From Klebsiella phage NU-KP11: 64,000 nt of DNA. Location: sequence record OR644643.1; one strand, 5' to 3'. The notes below the pieces were generated by a model. The model ran no database searches. It was not told the DNA's origin and worked only from the letters and a program-made list of their open reading frames with translations. Each line of letters starts with the position of its first letter. The first letter of the stretch is position 1. Both the position numbers and the translations under genes were made by a program. This document shows positions 35,686-45,439 of the stretch, one piece after another.

Positions 35686-37156
35686 TAGTCATGTGCAGAT
35701 TCAGGCAGAGGCTAACATAGTCTATGAATTGCGCGACTATTTCAGCTTCCAGCCGCCAGGTTATCAGTACCAGGCAAAATACAAATATGGTGGATGGAAC
35801 GGCTACATATACTTGATGGACTATAACGGGAAACTGCCCTACGGTTTAGCCTATCTTGTAACAAAATTCGCGGAGTCTCGCGGGTATTCTATCTGGATGG
35901 ATCCTAAGATCCACGAAACAGAAGAAATTACCCAGCCAGATTTTGACAAGTGGTTAGAAGAACACCCAGTATACGACGGAAACAAGCAGATTGATCCGTA
36001 TTGGTATCAAAAACAATCGGTGTTCCATGCGATTAAAAACCGCCGTGCTGTGCTTAACCTCCCAACGTCAGCGGGTAAATCTCTTATTCAGGGGTTGATA
36101 TCTCGTTGGTGTCTGGAAAATTACACAGGCAAAGTACTAATCATTGTCCCAACAACCGCCCTTGTTGATCAGATGATCGGTGATATTGTCAACTATCGCC
36201 TTTTACCTCGCGAGGCAATGCTTGGAATACGTTCAGGAACTGCTAAAAACAGTAATGCATTGATCTACGTGTCTACGTGGCAATCGGCTGTTAAAATGCC
36301 TCCTGAGTGGTTTCAGCAGTTCATGTGTTTGATGGTGGATGAATGCCACAAATCAACCGGACAAAGCATACAGAAGATCATCAACACAATGGATCAGTGT
36401 ATTTTCAAGTTTGGCCTTTCTGGTTCTCTGAAAGAAGGCAAAGCAAACATGATGCAATACATTGGCGCTTTTGGTCAAATCTTCAAGCCAGTTGATACAA
36501 ATCGGTTGATGCAGGAAGGTCAAGTTACCAACCTTCGAATTAATACCATCTTCATGAGATATAAAGAGGATGAGATTAAGAAAATGAAGGGGGCAGATTA
36601 CCAAAGCGAAATCAAGTATATAACATCGCATACCAGGCGTAACGCATGGATCTGTAAGCTGGCGTTGAAACTGGCAAGGGAAAAAGATGAAAACGTGTTT
36701 GTGATGTTCAATCAGATCAAACATGGTAAATGGCTGTATGAGCAACTCAAAAAGGTATATGACAACGTTGTATACATTTCTGGGGAAACGGGGATTGATG
36801 AGCGAAACGAAATGAAACGGATCGCAGAATCAACGAAGGGGCTGATCGTAATCGGTTCTATTGGTGTACTGAGTACAGGTATTTCTGTTAAGAACCTGCA
36901 TCACATCATCTTCGGACATCCTTGCAAATCTGCTGTTATAGTCAAACAGTCAATTGGGCGCGTACTGCGTAAACATGATTCTAAATCTCTTGCTACTGTT
37001 TGGGATTTGGTTGATAACTTAGCAACGCTGGCAAAGTCCAAAAATGCTAAAAATAAATATTCATACAAAAACTATGGTATGAAACACGCAATCGAACGAG
37101 TACGCATTTACAATGAAGAAAAGTTTGACTACGTGATCAAACAAATCGAAATTTAG
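35657..37156 (+). CDS. uvsW: UvsW DNA helicase (SF2, DEAH box)
   Basis: 499 aa vs T4 502. Walker A LPTSAGKS, DECH box MVDECHKS, helicase motifs. Followed by uvsW.1. Confidence 0.9.
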   Translation: MDIEVKFLNTSHVQIQAEANIVYELRDYFSFQPPGYQYQAKYKYGGWNGYIYLMDYNGKLPYGLAYLVTKFAESRGYSIWMDPKIHETEEITQPDFDKWLEEHPVYDGNKQIDPYWYQKQSVFHAIKNRRAVLNLPTSAGKSLIQGLISRWCLENYTGKVLIIVPTTALVDQMIGDIVNYRLLPREAMLGIRSGTAKNSNALIYVSTWQSAVKMPPEWFQQFMCLMVDECHKSTGQSIQKIINTMDQCIFKFGLSGSLKEGKANMMQYIGAFGQIFKPVDTNRLMQEGQVTNLRINTIFMRYKEDEIKKMKGADYQSEIKYITSHTRRNAWICKLALKLAREKDENVFVMFNQIKHGKWLYEQLKKVYDNVVYISGETGIDERNEMKRIAESTKGLIVIGSIGVLSTGISVKNLHHIIFGHPCKSAVIVKQSIGRVLRKHDSKSLATVWDLVDNLATLAKSKNAKNKYSYKNYGMKHAIERVRIYNEEKFDYVIKQIEI

Positions 37157-37165
37157 AGGTTAAAA

Positions 37166-37399
37166 ATGAAGAGTTTCAACGATTTTCGACTTTATGAGGC
37201 GGCTATTGATGATTTCATGAGCAAGGTCGCCTCTTGCCGTACTATGGACGGCCTTAAAGAGCTTGAAAAATATTACAAAAATCGTGTAAAAGAAGTTGAT
37301 GTTGCACCGTCAGACGATATTTCTATGCGCGATGCGCTGAAAGGTCGAGCCGAAGAATTAAAGGCCGAACTCGAAAGCGGAGAAGAAGAAAAGTTCTAA
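37166..37399 (+). CDS. uvsW.1: UvsW.1-like small protein (77 aa)
   Basis: Size and position immediately after uvsW as in T4. Acidic C-terminus. Confidence 0.65.
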   Translation: MKSFNDFRLYEAAIDDFMSKVASCRTMDGLKELEKYYKNRVKEVDVAPSDDISMRDALKGRAEELKAELESGEEEKF

Positions 37400-37402
37400 A
37401 AA

Positions 37403-37432
37403 GAAGCCCCAACCGAAAGGAAGGGGCTTTTG
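37403..37432 (+). terminator. rho-independent terminator after uvsW.1
   Basis: GAAGCCCC-AACCGAAAGGAA-GGGGCTT followed by TTTGT. Confidence 0.6.
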
Positions 37433-37833
37433 TACATTTGCTTAACGCCAGTGCTGTACTATTCTGGCTATTCTATTCACATGCCCTTGATCGAAGGTAT
37501 ATTATCAATCACCCCGCCGAAGGTAAACTCCATCGGACGGCGCAAAAGAGTACGCCTATCATCCAGCATTCTTTTATCAAGCCCCTTTCGGGTACACATG
37601 TATTTAGGACGCGATTTTGTTGCCTCCATCGCCCGTTTTGCCTCCGTAATGGGGAACTATGGGATCCAGGCAAAGAACCCCGTACAAGCCTCATTCATTA
37701 CGCATAATCGGTTTGTCATGCCTATGGCATAGTTTTACCTATCCTAAAAATCAGGATGTTCGTCAGATTCTAACAGATCCGGACGTTCATCACGGTCTGT
37801 AATTCCTTCACCATATCCAATCATAAGATTCTC

Positions 37834-38010
37834 CTACAGCAACATTTGAACTTCATTCAGATCATCGGATTCGTTGATCTCGCCGCTTTTTGTTTTTTCT
37901 GCGATGTAGTCAGCACAGATAGTGCTACACACGCGCCCGGATTCAGTCACATAACCAGTAGAAGGAACCGGACACTTGCACACTACACATTTTTCATTTT
38001 CAGTAGACAT
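37834..38010 (-). CDS. unannotated small Cys-rich ORF (~58 aa, MSTENEKCVVCKCPVPSTGYVTESGRVCSTICADYIAEK...)
   Basis: Read from the sequence. TAATG stop/start overlap with uvsY. Below the track cutoff. Confidence 0.3.
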   Translation of the reverse strand: MSTENEKCVVCKCPVPSTGYVTESGRVCSTICADYIAEKTKSGEINESDDLNEVQMLL

Positions 38011-38429
38011 TATGCACCACTTTCTAATTTACGGATCTCCAACATGTTTTTGATAGAGTATCCTTTGTTTTTGACGATATCCAGTGCTTTACTGGTGAAA
38101 TCTACCACCATGTCATAATACTGGATCAGTTTGTTGGTTTCTACAATCTTCGGATCCCCAGCGATCGCGATTTTGATTTCAGTAGTCCCAGTATACACCA
38201 CTTCGCACATTTCTTTGTCATGTCTTCCGGTGTAGTACAACATACGATCCTTCACATCAGCTTCTTTTTTAGCATGAAGTTGGATCAGTTTTTTCTTCGC
38301 GTTTGAATGGTAACGAAGCCATTTAGCCCAAATCTTAGGGATATCCGCTGATTCTGATTGCAACTTGAGGGGATCTATCAGCATATCCTTTTCAAGTTCA
38401 TTTTGCAGATCTTCTAATTTCAAACTCAT
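38010..38429 (-). CDS. uvsY: recombination mediator UvsY
   Basis: LEDLQNELEKD..ID..KLQ.E.A....W.KWL..HS..KK matches T4 UvsY (137 aa) in length and sequence. Confidence 0.85.
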   Translation of the reverse strand: MSLKLEDLQNELEKDMLIDPLKLQSESADIPKIWAKWLRYHSNAKKKLIQLHAKKEADVKDRMLYYTGRHDKEMCEVVYTGTTEIKIAIAGDPKIVETNKLIQYYDMVVDFTSKALDIVKNKGYSIKNMLEIRKLESGA

Positions 38430-38439
38430 AACATACTCA

Positions 38440-38690
38440 CCAATTTACCCAGTTGATCTATAATATACTATATTAATTTGTAGTCAAATTTAAATTGATC
38501 TAATATAATATATTATTAAAAGAATAATTATACATGATCTAATTTATAAAATCAAATTTATTTTTACTTGATTTCAAAAATTATTTGATCTATAATAATT
38601 ATAATTAATAAATTTTATCATAAATCATTTATAAATTCAAGATCTAATTTAATATTAATTATAATTATTAAAAGATGGAGTAAGTTTCCC
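38440..38690. repeat. AT-rich intergenic region with five spaced GATCTA-A/T-rich iterons (candidate oriF-like origin or Dam-sensitive regulatory region)
   Basis: TTGATCTATAATATA (38455), TTGATCTAATATAAT (38497), ATGATCTAATTTATAAAAT (38536), TTGATCTATAATAATT (38587), AAGATCTAATTTAATATT (38641). Spacing 39-54 bp. Directly upstream of uvsY, where T4 oriF maps. Confidence 0.5.
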
Positions 38691-38730
38691 TACTCCACCT
38701 ATTGAATATTATCCCCGTTGGGTTATACTA

Positions 38731-40044
38731 TCAACCCAGTTTAGGAAGTTTGATACCCACAATCTGACTCATCTTAGATTTACCTGAGAGGTTTACCCAG
38801 TCATCACCTTTCACAAGTCTTTCGTTTGCAGCAGTGGTATATGGGTTAACCGATAAACCGTAGCGCATCAGAATAGCAACTTTAGGCTGTAAGGATTGAG
38901 GATCAACAGAAATCTTGATCGAACCTGCCTGATCAGCTTCTGTGTATGGCGTATAGAACAGAGAGCCAACATGATCCATTTCACCCAGATCATACTTGCA
39001 ACCAGTCAGCAGGTAATCAAACGGTGTATTGGTGTCAGTATAGACATAATAACCGTTTTTAAGTCGCCCTGTCGCTAACGGGTGGGTTTCATCGGTTTCA
39101 TGCATCCAACCAGACGCAGCCAGAACGCCTACAACGCGAGAAGATGCCAGGACATAGGTAGCTTCAAATGAAGTCGTTCTATTCATTTCCTGCCCCATTT
39201 CACACACTAATTGATACAGGAAACGACCTAAAGCCGGAGCATCCTTTGCAGTGTATGCGGTTGTAGCATCGAAAATGCCGTTTGTGATTACACCATCAAC
39301 GTTGTAACGATTTGATACGTTGATCAGAGTCTGAATGATATCTTTGTTTACTTCTTCACTGGCAACAGTACCCAAAACATCTTCAATCACATTTTCTGCG
39401 TTGAATTGGTTTGCTTCCAGATCCTGCATAAGTTCCACGGTCATTTCAGTTTTGAATTTGCGGGAACGAACGTTGATATTCCAACGATCCATTTCGAAAG
39501 AAGTTGTACTAATATCTTCGCTGGTTTCATACTGACTTGTTGGCGCGGCTTCGCTTGCCATGCGTAATTTATTGCTGAATAATGCGACCATAATCGCTTC
39601 ATCAATATCAGCACCTGCGAGAGTTACGCTATCAGTTACTTCGTATACAACATCACTTGTCGGGTGTTTGAAAACTTGGCCTTTGGTGTAGGCAGTACCA
39701 ACCGTACCATTTGAAATATTATCGCGGCTTGCATACTTACCGGAATAGGTAGCAGCGCTGGAAAACGTCATATCGCCTTTAGGGTTACGATAACGCACAC
39801 CGAACAGAGTTGCGGTAGGTAAATTAGTTTCCTGAATCGCTACAAGTTCACCGTAGATCAGGTTGTTTACCGCACGGGTAAGAGATACCAGATCCGGACG
39901 GGTATTAGCTACGTTAATTGTTTCTGTTCCGGTTGCCTCATCAAGAACCTTTTTAGACAGGCCAGGCGGTAGCTGTGACTGACGCACCAGCTTGTTAATT
40001 GTGTAAAATTTTTCACTCATTTTATGTTCCTGCGTTATTGACAA
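38731..40044 (-). CDS. 24: head vertex protein gp24
   Basis: Paralog of gp23 fold. Position after 23. 437 aa vs T4 427. Confidence 0.85.
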   Translation of the reverse strand: MSITQEHKMSEKFYTINKLVRQSQLPPGLSKKVLDEATGTETINVANTRPDLVSLTRAVNNLIYGELVAIQETNLPTATLFGVRYRNPKGDMTFSSAATYSGKYASRDNISNGTVGTAYTKGQVFKHPTSDVVYEVTDSVTLAGADIDEAIMVALFSNKLRMASEAAPTSQYETSEDISTTSFEMDRWNINVRSRKFKTEMTVELMQDLEANQFNAENVIEDVLGTVASEEVNKDIIQTLINVSNRYNVDGVITNGIFDATTAYTAKDAPALGRFLYQLVCEMGQEMNRTTSFEATYVLASSRVVGVLAASGWMHETDETHPLATGRLKNGYYVYTDTNTPFDYLLTGCKYDLGEMDHVGSLFYTPYTEADQAGSIKISVDPQSLQPKVAILMRYGLSVNPYTTAANERLVKGDDWVNLSGKSKMSQIVGIKLPKLG

Positions 40045-40062
40045 ACTTTTCTTTATTTATGT

Positions 40063-40092
40063 AATAAAAAAGGGAACCTTGCGGTTCCCTCT
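40063..40092 (-). terminator. strong rho-independent terminator after gene 23
   Basis: Minus strand GAGGGAACC-GCAA-GGTTCCCTTTTTTATT. Followed by CATAAATA (7/8 late promoter) before gene 24. Confidence 0.65.
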
Positions 40093-40107
40093 TGGAAAAG
40101 TTGGCTA

Positions 40108-41676
40108 TTACAGCCCTTTAACGTATACTTTACGGAAGTATGCGTTTTTACCGAACATTTCTTTGGTAATCATACCAGAAGTGATACGGTCGGACGGAGC
40201 CTGAGAGCGAGAGTTCGCAAACGGGTTGATACCTACACCGTAACGAGTTTTGAAGCCCATTACTGGCTGGAAGTTCTTCGGATCAGAACCACGCAGCGGG
40301 GTCAGCGCAACATACGGAGCGTAGTAGATACCAGCATCCATTTCGTTATCGCCTTTGTAACCCACGGTGAAGTAATCACCACGTGCATACTGGTCGATGT
40401 ATACTTTATACACGCCACCCAGAACACCAGCGAATACTGCTTTAGTGGTGTCAACGTTCAGAGTCTTCTGGAGACCTTGACCTGCCGGAGTGATACCGCT
40501 ATCGATACGAGCCAGAGCGGAAACCACGTTACGGGAAGCGATGATGAAGTTACCAGCACCACGACCAGTTTGACGTGCGATTTCGTTTGCTTCTTTGTCG
40601 ATCTGAATCAGCAGAGCTTTGTAGCTTTCACCAGCCCAACGAGCGCCACGAACATCAATCGGATCCTGGAAGTCAAACGCACCAGCTTTAGAGCCAACGG
40701 TCTGAGTGAAACCAGTTTTACCAACCTGTGCGGTATAGTTGATCATGTCAACGATTTCGCGGTTGATTTCCAGCATGATTTCGGTTGCCAGAATAGCAGA
40801 CAGTTCGGCGTCAGCGTCCATACCGTGAACAGCGCGGAGATCCTGAGCCAGTTCTACAGAGTACTGTGCTTTCAGTTGGCGGCTACGTGCTTCGATAACC
40901 TGCTTATCGATACGGAAGCCCATTTCGTTCCACGGGTTGCCAGTAGAACCGTTGAACTGTTCTTGCAGTTCTGCTACACTGGTAGCCATACCGTAAGAAA
41001 TTTCAGCCAGAGTACCTTTTTCCTGTTCGGCGATAACAGCAGCATCCAGAGCATCGTCGGTAGAACCAGTTACAGTAACCGGAGCGCCAGAAACGTTCTG
41101 GAGGAACACACGACCAGTTTCAACGAAATCGTGGAACACAATAGCGCCGTCAGCAATAGCCTGAGCAGAAGTCAGTTTGGTAAAGCCGTTGCTCGGAGCC
41201 GCGCCCTGACCGGAGTACATGCTATCCGGGGAGAACATCGGATGGAATGCTTCTTTAGCACCGGAAGCCAGCGGATCTTTACCGTACACTGCGCGGAGAG
41301 CGAACACCTGACCAGTAGGGCCAGTCATCGGCTGAACACCGCAGATATCGAATGCGATCAGGTTAGGAATCGCACGGCGAACCATACCGATTACAGCAGG
41401 GCCGATGTTGGTGATAGCACCGCTTGAGTTACCAGAAGCGATTTTGGTTGCGTCGTAACCGTGGTCACCAGCAATTTCAGCTTCCGCCAGGAAACCACCG
41501 AAGGATTCAACGATTTTCTCGTCGCGGTAAACCGGATCAACTTCTGCGTCTTTTTCCTGTGCTTCCATAATGGCAGCAATCAGTTGTTTTTTGGATTTGG
41601 TAGCGATATCCGGTAAGCCTTCCTGAGACTCCAGAAGATCGTTCCATTTTTCCATCAATTCGTTTTTCTTAGACAT
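40108..41676 (-). CDS. 23: major capsid protein gp23
   Basis: Near-colinear identity with T4 gp23 (AIPNLIAFDICGVQPM, QVFALRAVYGKDP, NPWNEMGFRIDKQVIEA, GIYYAPYVALTPLRGSDPKNFQPVMGFKTRYG). Confidence 0.97.
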   Translation of the reverse strand: MSKKNELMEKWNDLLESQEGLPDIATKSKKQLIAAIMEAQEKDAEVDPVYRDEKIVESFGGFLAEAEIAGDHGYDATKIASGNSSGAITNIGPAVIGMVRRAIPNLIAFDICGVQPMTGPTGQVFALRAVYGKDPLASGAKEAFHPMFSPDSMYSGQGAAPSNGFTKLTSAQAIADGAIVFHDFVETGRVFLQNVSGAPVTVTGSTDDALDAAVIAEQEKGTLAEISYGMATSVAELQEQFNGSTGNPWNEMGFRIDKQVIEARSRQLKAQYSVELAQDLRAVHGMDADAELSAILATEIMLEINREIVDMINYTAQVGKTGFTQTVGSKAGAFDFQDPIDVRGARWAGESYKALLIQIDKEANEIARQTGRGAGNFIIASRNVVSALARIDSGITPAGQGLQKTLNVDTTKAVFAGVLGGVYKVYIDQYARGDYFTVGYKGDNEMDAGIYYAPYVALTPLRGSDPKNFQPVMGFKTRYGVGINPFANSRSQAPSDRITSGMITKEMFGKNAYFRKVYVKGL

Positions 41677-41695
41677 TGTTTCTTACCTTTTGAAA

Positions 41696-42484
41696 TTAAG
41701 AAAGGGCTTTTGCCGCTTGTACATATTTATTGATCTTGGATTTCTCTGCCGGAACACTTTCAACTACCGGAACAAAGTCATCTTTCGTTTGCGGAGTATT
41801 TACAGACTCGTCAACGGGTTTTTCAGCTTTGGTTGCTACCATTTCAACAATTGCGCTGAGTTTATTTTCGAAGGTTGCGGAATATTCCAGCCCTTCAATC
41901 AGAGATTCTACTTTTTCGACCTGAGATTCGGTCAAACCTTTAGTTTTCTCTGAAACTAATGCATTGCGTTTCATTTCTGAAATTTCTTTGGTCAGTTCCT
42001 GATTCGCTTCAAACAGGGTTTTAACTTCCTGCTGATTCTCAGTCAGTTCGTCTTCCAGTTCGGCGACTACATCAACCTGTTCTTCCGGAATGACAACGTT
42101 ATGTTCAACCAGAACTTCTTTGAGGCCCATGATCAGGGATTCAAACAGGTCGGCTTTGATGTCACGGGAAACGGCTTCTTTGTTTTCTTTCAGCCATTCT
42201 TCGGAAATGTGCGCAAAATATTTATCAGCATCTTCGTACAGCTTAGTTTCGATTTCAGCGGCACGTTCAGTTACCTGAGCTTCGACCAGTTCGTCGGAAC
42301 GTTCCGCGATCTGGGTAATGTGGGATTCAGCGAGTTTTGCAGCGCCAGCTTTTACAGCTTGTTCGAATACAGTGGTGAATGTCGCTTTCACGTCATCAGA
42401 AAGTTCAACTGATTCGAAAATGCTGTCTAACTCGACCGGAGTATCCAGGTTCTGGGCTTCCGCCAGCAGTTGTTCTTTAAGCAT
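41696..42484 (-). CDS. 22: prohead scaffold protein gp22
   Basis: Acidic, coiled-coil composition. 262 aa. Position between 21 and 23. Confidence 0.85.
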   Translation of the reverse strand: MLKEQLLAEAQNLDTPVELDSIFESVELSDDVKATFTTVFEQAVKAGAAKLAESHITQIAERSDELVEAQVTERAAEIETKLYEDADKYFAHISEEWLKENKEAVSRDIKADLFESLIMGLKEVLVEHNVVIPEEQVDVVAELEDELTENQQEVKTLFEANQELTKEISEMKRNALVSEKTKGLTESQVEKVESLIEGLEYSATFENKLSAIVEMVATKAEKPVDESVNTPQTKDDFVPVVESVPAEKSKINKYVQAAKALS

Positions 42485-42513
42485 TTTTGATTTTCCTGTT
42501 GTTTTGTTTAATG

Positions 42514-42521
42514 TATTTATA
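42514..42521 (-). promoter_or_regulatory. late promoter (TATAAATA) for gene 22
   Basis: Minus strand GGTCTATAAATACATTAAACAAAACAACAGGAAAATCAAAAATG. Lies at the 3-prime end of gene 21. Confidence 0.6.
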
Positions 42522-43164
42522 GACCTTTCAAACGCTCGGACAATGCCAGAAAAGCGTCATCAGCACTATTATTCTCAACAAGCGGTTTGCTTTGCTGATT
42601 TTCCACTATAGGCTTAACATATGCATCAGGTGCGCTTGGCCCCCAGACGACATCAACGCCTACAGCTAATTTAAAGCCCTTTTGTACAACGCCGTAGCCT
42701 TTGCCGGAATCGGAGAGCTTACCTAATCCACGGGAAGAAACACCAGGAACCCAACCAGCACGAATCAACGCCGCCAGTTTGTCACCATCACCACCGTCGC
42801 CTTCAACAACAACAGCGCGGCCCCAAACATCGTTACCCTTCCACCACAATTTTTCAATCAGGATGCAAGCATTTCGCGGATCCACATTCGGGCGCGGAGG
42901 GTGATTCATTTCACCTAATGCTTGACGGGTGTTAACTTGAGTTCTAATATAATCGTTAACTGCTTCTTCAAGTACGTTTTTAGGATACAAACGACGGTTA
43001 CGGTTAACCTTTTCGGCTTGAAGGAAAATACCTTCGATCCGCAATTTACCGTCTTTTGATTCCCCAACAGATTCTAAAATAGATTCTGAAACGTCACCGC
43101 AAGGTAAACCCCATTCTTCGATTAAAAGCATATCGCCGTTTTCGTTGATTTGGGATTCATTCAT
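42517..43164 (-). CDS. 21: prohead core protease gp21
   Basis: MNESQ...EEWG...EGIFLQAE.VNRN.RLYPK..LE.AV.DYI...ALGE.NHPPR.NVDP...GWVPGVSSRGLG matches T4 gp21. Confidence 0.9.
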   Translation of the reverse strand: MNESQINENGDMLLIEEWGLPCGDVSESILESVGESKDGKLRIEGIFLQAEKVNRNRRLYPKNVLEEAVNDYIRTQVNTRQALGEMNHPPRPNVDPRNACILIEKLWWKGNDVWGRAVVVEGDGGDGDKLAALIRAGWVPGVSSRGLGKLSDSGKGYGVVQKGFKLAVGVDVVWGPSAPDAYVKPIVENQQSKPLVENNSADDAFLALSERLKGL

Positions 43165-43166
43165 AT

Positions 43167-43583
43167 TTATAGCCCCAGTGCAGCACGTTTACGCAATGCT
43201 TTCTTGCGCTTACGTTGTGCGCGAGTAGCAATTGACGGGTTAGCACGTTTTGTTTTGAGAGCACGACGCGCGATCTGGCGACGTTGGGATTTGGTTAATC
43301 CGGTAGTCTGATACGCATTACGCTCACGGGTTTTCCTGTCTTTGAGGCGTTCTACGTTGCCACGGGAATCAACATGCTTGACAATTACCTCATCAAGTGT
43401 TAAACCTTCAACAACCGCCATCATAGCAAGGGCTAAATTTGGTTCGGTGACCGCCAAATTTTCGATGATTTTAACCGTGCCTTCATCGATACCCAGAATA
43501 TCTATACGGGCTTTCGCTTCGTCTAAATGTTCCTGGAGATCTTCGGCGGTGATTTCGATGTCAAGTTGCATTACACACCTCAC
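43167..43583 (-). CDS. 68: prohead core protein gp68
   Basis: Position between 67 and 21. 138 aa vs T4 141. Basic C-terminus. Confidence 0.6.
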   Translation of the reverse strand: MRCVMQLDIEITAEDLQEHLDEAKARIDILGIDEGTVKIIENLAVTEPNLALAMMAVVEGLTLDEVIVKHVDSRGNVERLKDRKTRERNAYQTTGLTKSQRRQIARRALKTKRANPSIATRAQRKRKKALRKRAALGL

Positions 43584-43825
43584 TCATCATCTTTATCGGA
43601 TTTATCATCCTCGGCTGGCTTTTTATCGCCATTTTCGTCATCTTTATCAGCGCCTTCGTCGTCTTTTTCTTTGTCTTCTTCGCCTTCGATGCGTACAGCT
43701 TCGGCAAGTTCAACGCGCAATTCGTGACGAAGCGCTTCTTTGCGGTCTTCCATGATGGAGTAAAAAGTTTTTTTAGCTTCCACCAGATTACCGCTTTTGA
43801 TTGCTTCGATAAATTCTTTCATCAA
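43580..43825 (-). CDS. 67: prohead core protein gp67
   Basis: 81 aa. Highly acidic Asp/Glu/Lys C-terminal tail. Position after gene 20, as in T4. Confidence 0.7.
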   Translation of the reverse strand: MMKEFIEAIKSGNLVEAKKTFYSIMEDRKEALRHELRVELAEAVRIEGEEDKEKDDEGADKDDENGDKKPAEDDKSDKDDE

Positions 43826-45396
43826 AAGTTTTCCTCTTCCGCTTCTGGATTTTTAAAACGTTCTTCTTTTGATTCTTCTTCTATCTGTTTGGCTTCGCTT
43901 TGAATTTCCTCATCAGACATCCGGAGAACTTCTTTCATTACGTATTTATGGGAGATATATTTGCCGACCACTCCTTCAAGTTGGCCCATCAGGTTTAAAC
44001 GGCGTTCCAAAATCTCAATATCTTTGATTTCGGAATAGTAAGAATCTTGCTGATATACAAAAGCAATCTTACTTACGTTTTCATCCCATTCATCTTCTGT
44101 AATGATTTTCTTCGCGATCAAGTTAGTTTTTAACGGATCCGCAAGAACAGGGTTGAATTGAATTTGCAATTCGCGAATAAATTTGCTAAAGTTCAATTCG
44201 TCGCGGGTAATACCGCCATCGTTACCCAACTGGATACCGCCATCATCGCGAGGCATACGGCTTAACGGAATACGCAATGCTTCGTACAGCTTACGGTTAA
44301 ACCATTTAACATCGTCGATATCAGAGAAGGCAGTGCCACCAGGAAGCGTTGAAACTTCGGTAACTGCTTTACCATCACGACGCATCAGCCAATAGTCCTC
44401 TGTCATTGACAGGTTATTTTGCTGATTCTTAACTTTACCAGTGCTCGCGTCATATACAACACGGTTTTTTAAGCCCTGTGCAATGTTATTTACGTACTGT
44501 GTAGCTTTAGGGCCACCCATCTGACCTACGTCGATATAGAACACACGACGTTCAGGCGCACGGGTAATACGGTAAATCACCATAGCATCTTCCAGCAAAC
44601 GCAACTGGTTAGCTGGCTTGACCGCGCGGTGCAGGTAGCCTATAATGTTGTTGTCGCAATCTTCAAGGCCGCTATGAGCGTAAACAATCGCAGAGCGAGG
44701 AATTTTTACCTTGTCATTGTGACTATAAATCTGTCCGTTGTAGCTATAACCGTTTTTCGGTGCGGTGTATACGAAGTATTCACGATAGCCACGGAAAATT
44801 TTAACCCCACCGGGTAGGGTTTCTGTAACCGATTCTCGGATCAGTTCCATGCAGCGGGGATCTAACTGGCGCAATTCTTTGATGCCGTCAGCTTCATTTT
44901 TGTGCATGATTTTATGGAAATAGATACGCGAATCAACATACCAATCACGGAATAAACGAGATCCTCGGTTATCGAAATCGTGAATATTCATTACGGTATC
45001 GAGTTCTTCCATGATCTTATCTTGGATATTTTTACTAAAATTCGTTTTAGTGAGATCCATCGTAACAATATCTTTTCCTTGTTCATTAACAATCGCTTCG
45101 TTAATGATTTCAGAAACAGCGTTTTCCACTTCCGGATATGTCATGATACCACGGTATGTATTTATTAGCTGTGTTTTGTTCTGAATTCGCGGATCCTGTC
45201 CGGAATAGAACTGTTGGAACACAGAAGAATAACGCTGGTTTGATAAGTCCGTTTCGATTTCGTGCGCCCCATCGTTATTTTTCGGAGGCGCAATCGAACC
45301 TGTATCATCTTTTAATTGGGCTTCAAATTCCATTTCATCCTGTTTGGCGAAATTTTTGAAAAACCCTAACACATTGTCTAATCCAAAAAAGTTCAT
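43822..45396 (-). CDS. 20: portal vertex protein gp20
   Basis: 524 aa (T4 524). Position and size. Confidence 0.9.
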   Translation of the reverse strand: MNFFGLDNVLGFFKNFAKQDEMEFEAQLKDDTGSIAPPKNNDGAHEIETDLSNQRYSSVFQQFYSGQDPRIQNKTQLINTYRGIMTYPEVENAVSEIINEAIVNEQGKDIVTMDLTKTNFSKNIQDKIMEELDTVMNIHDFDNRGSRLFRDWYVDSRIYFHKIMHKNEADGIKELRQLDPRCMELIRESVTETLPGGVKIFRGYREYFVYTAPKNGYSYNGQIYSHNDKVKIPRSAIVYAHSGLEDCDNNIIGYLHRAVKPANQLRLLEDAMVIYRITRAPERRVFYIDVGQMGGPKATQYVNNIAQGLKNRVVYDASTGKVKNQQNNLSMTEDYWLMRRDGKAVTEVSTLPGGTAFSDIDDVKWFNRKLYEALRIPLSRMPRDDGGIQLGNDGGITRDELNFSKFIRELQIQFNPVLADPLKTNLIAKKIITEDEWDENVSKIAFVYQQDSYYSEIKDIEILERRLNLMGQLEGVVGKYISHKYVMKEVLRMSDEEIQSEAKQIEEESKEERFKNPEAEEENF

Positions 45397-45439
45397 TTAC
45401 AACTCCGAAAAATAATGATAAGGGGTATTGCTACCCCTG

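Noticed and set aside
37430-37732. Track ORFs 37430-37732 (+), 37438-37707 (+) and 37509-37694 (-)
   Set aside because: Translations are low-complexity (runs of Ser/Arg/Leu, no plausible fold). There are three mutually overlapping frames, and the region lies behind a strong terminator. Treated as non-coding (see finding on the non-coding island).
43163-43170. Exact TATAAATA (minus strand) at the gene 68 / gene 21 junction
   Set aside because: The box overlaps the gene 21 start codon itself, so it cannot serve as the promoter for gene 21. It is more likely coincidental (sequence encodes the gene 68 C-terminus). It could only drive an internal start; no evidence for that.
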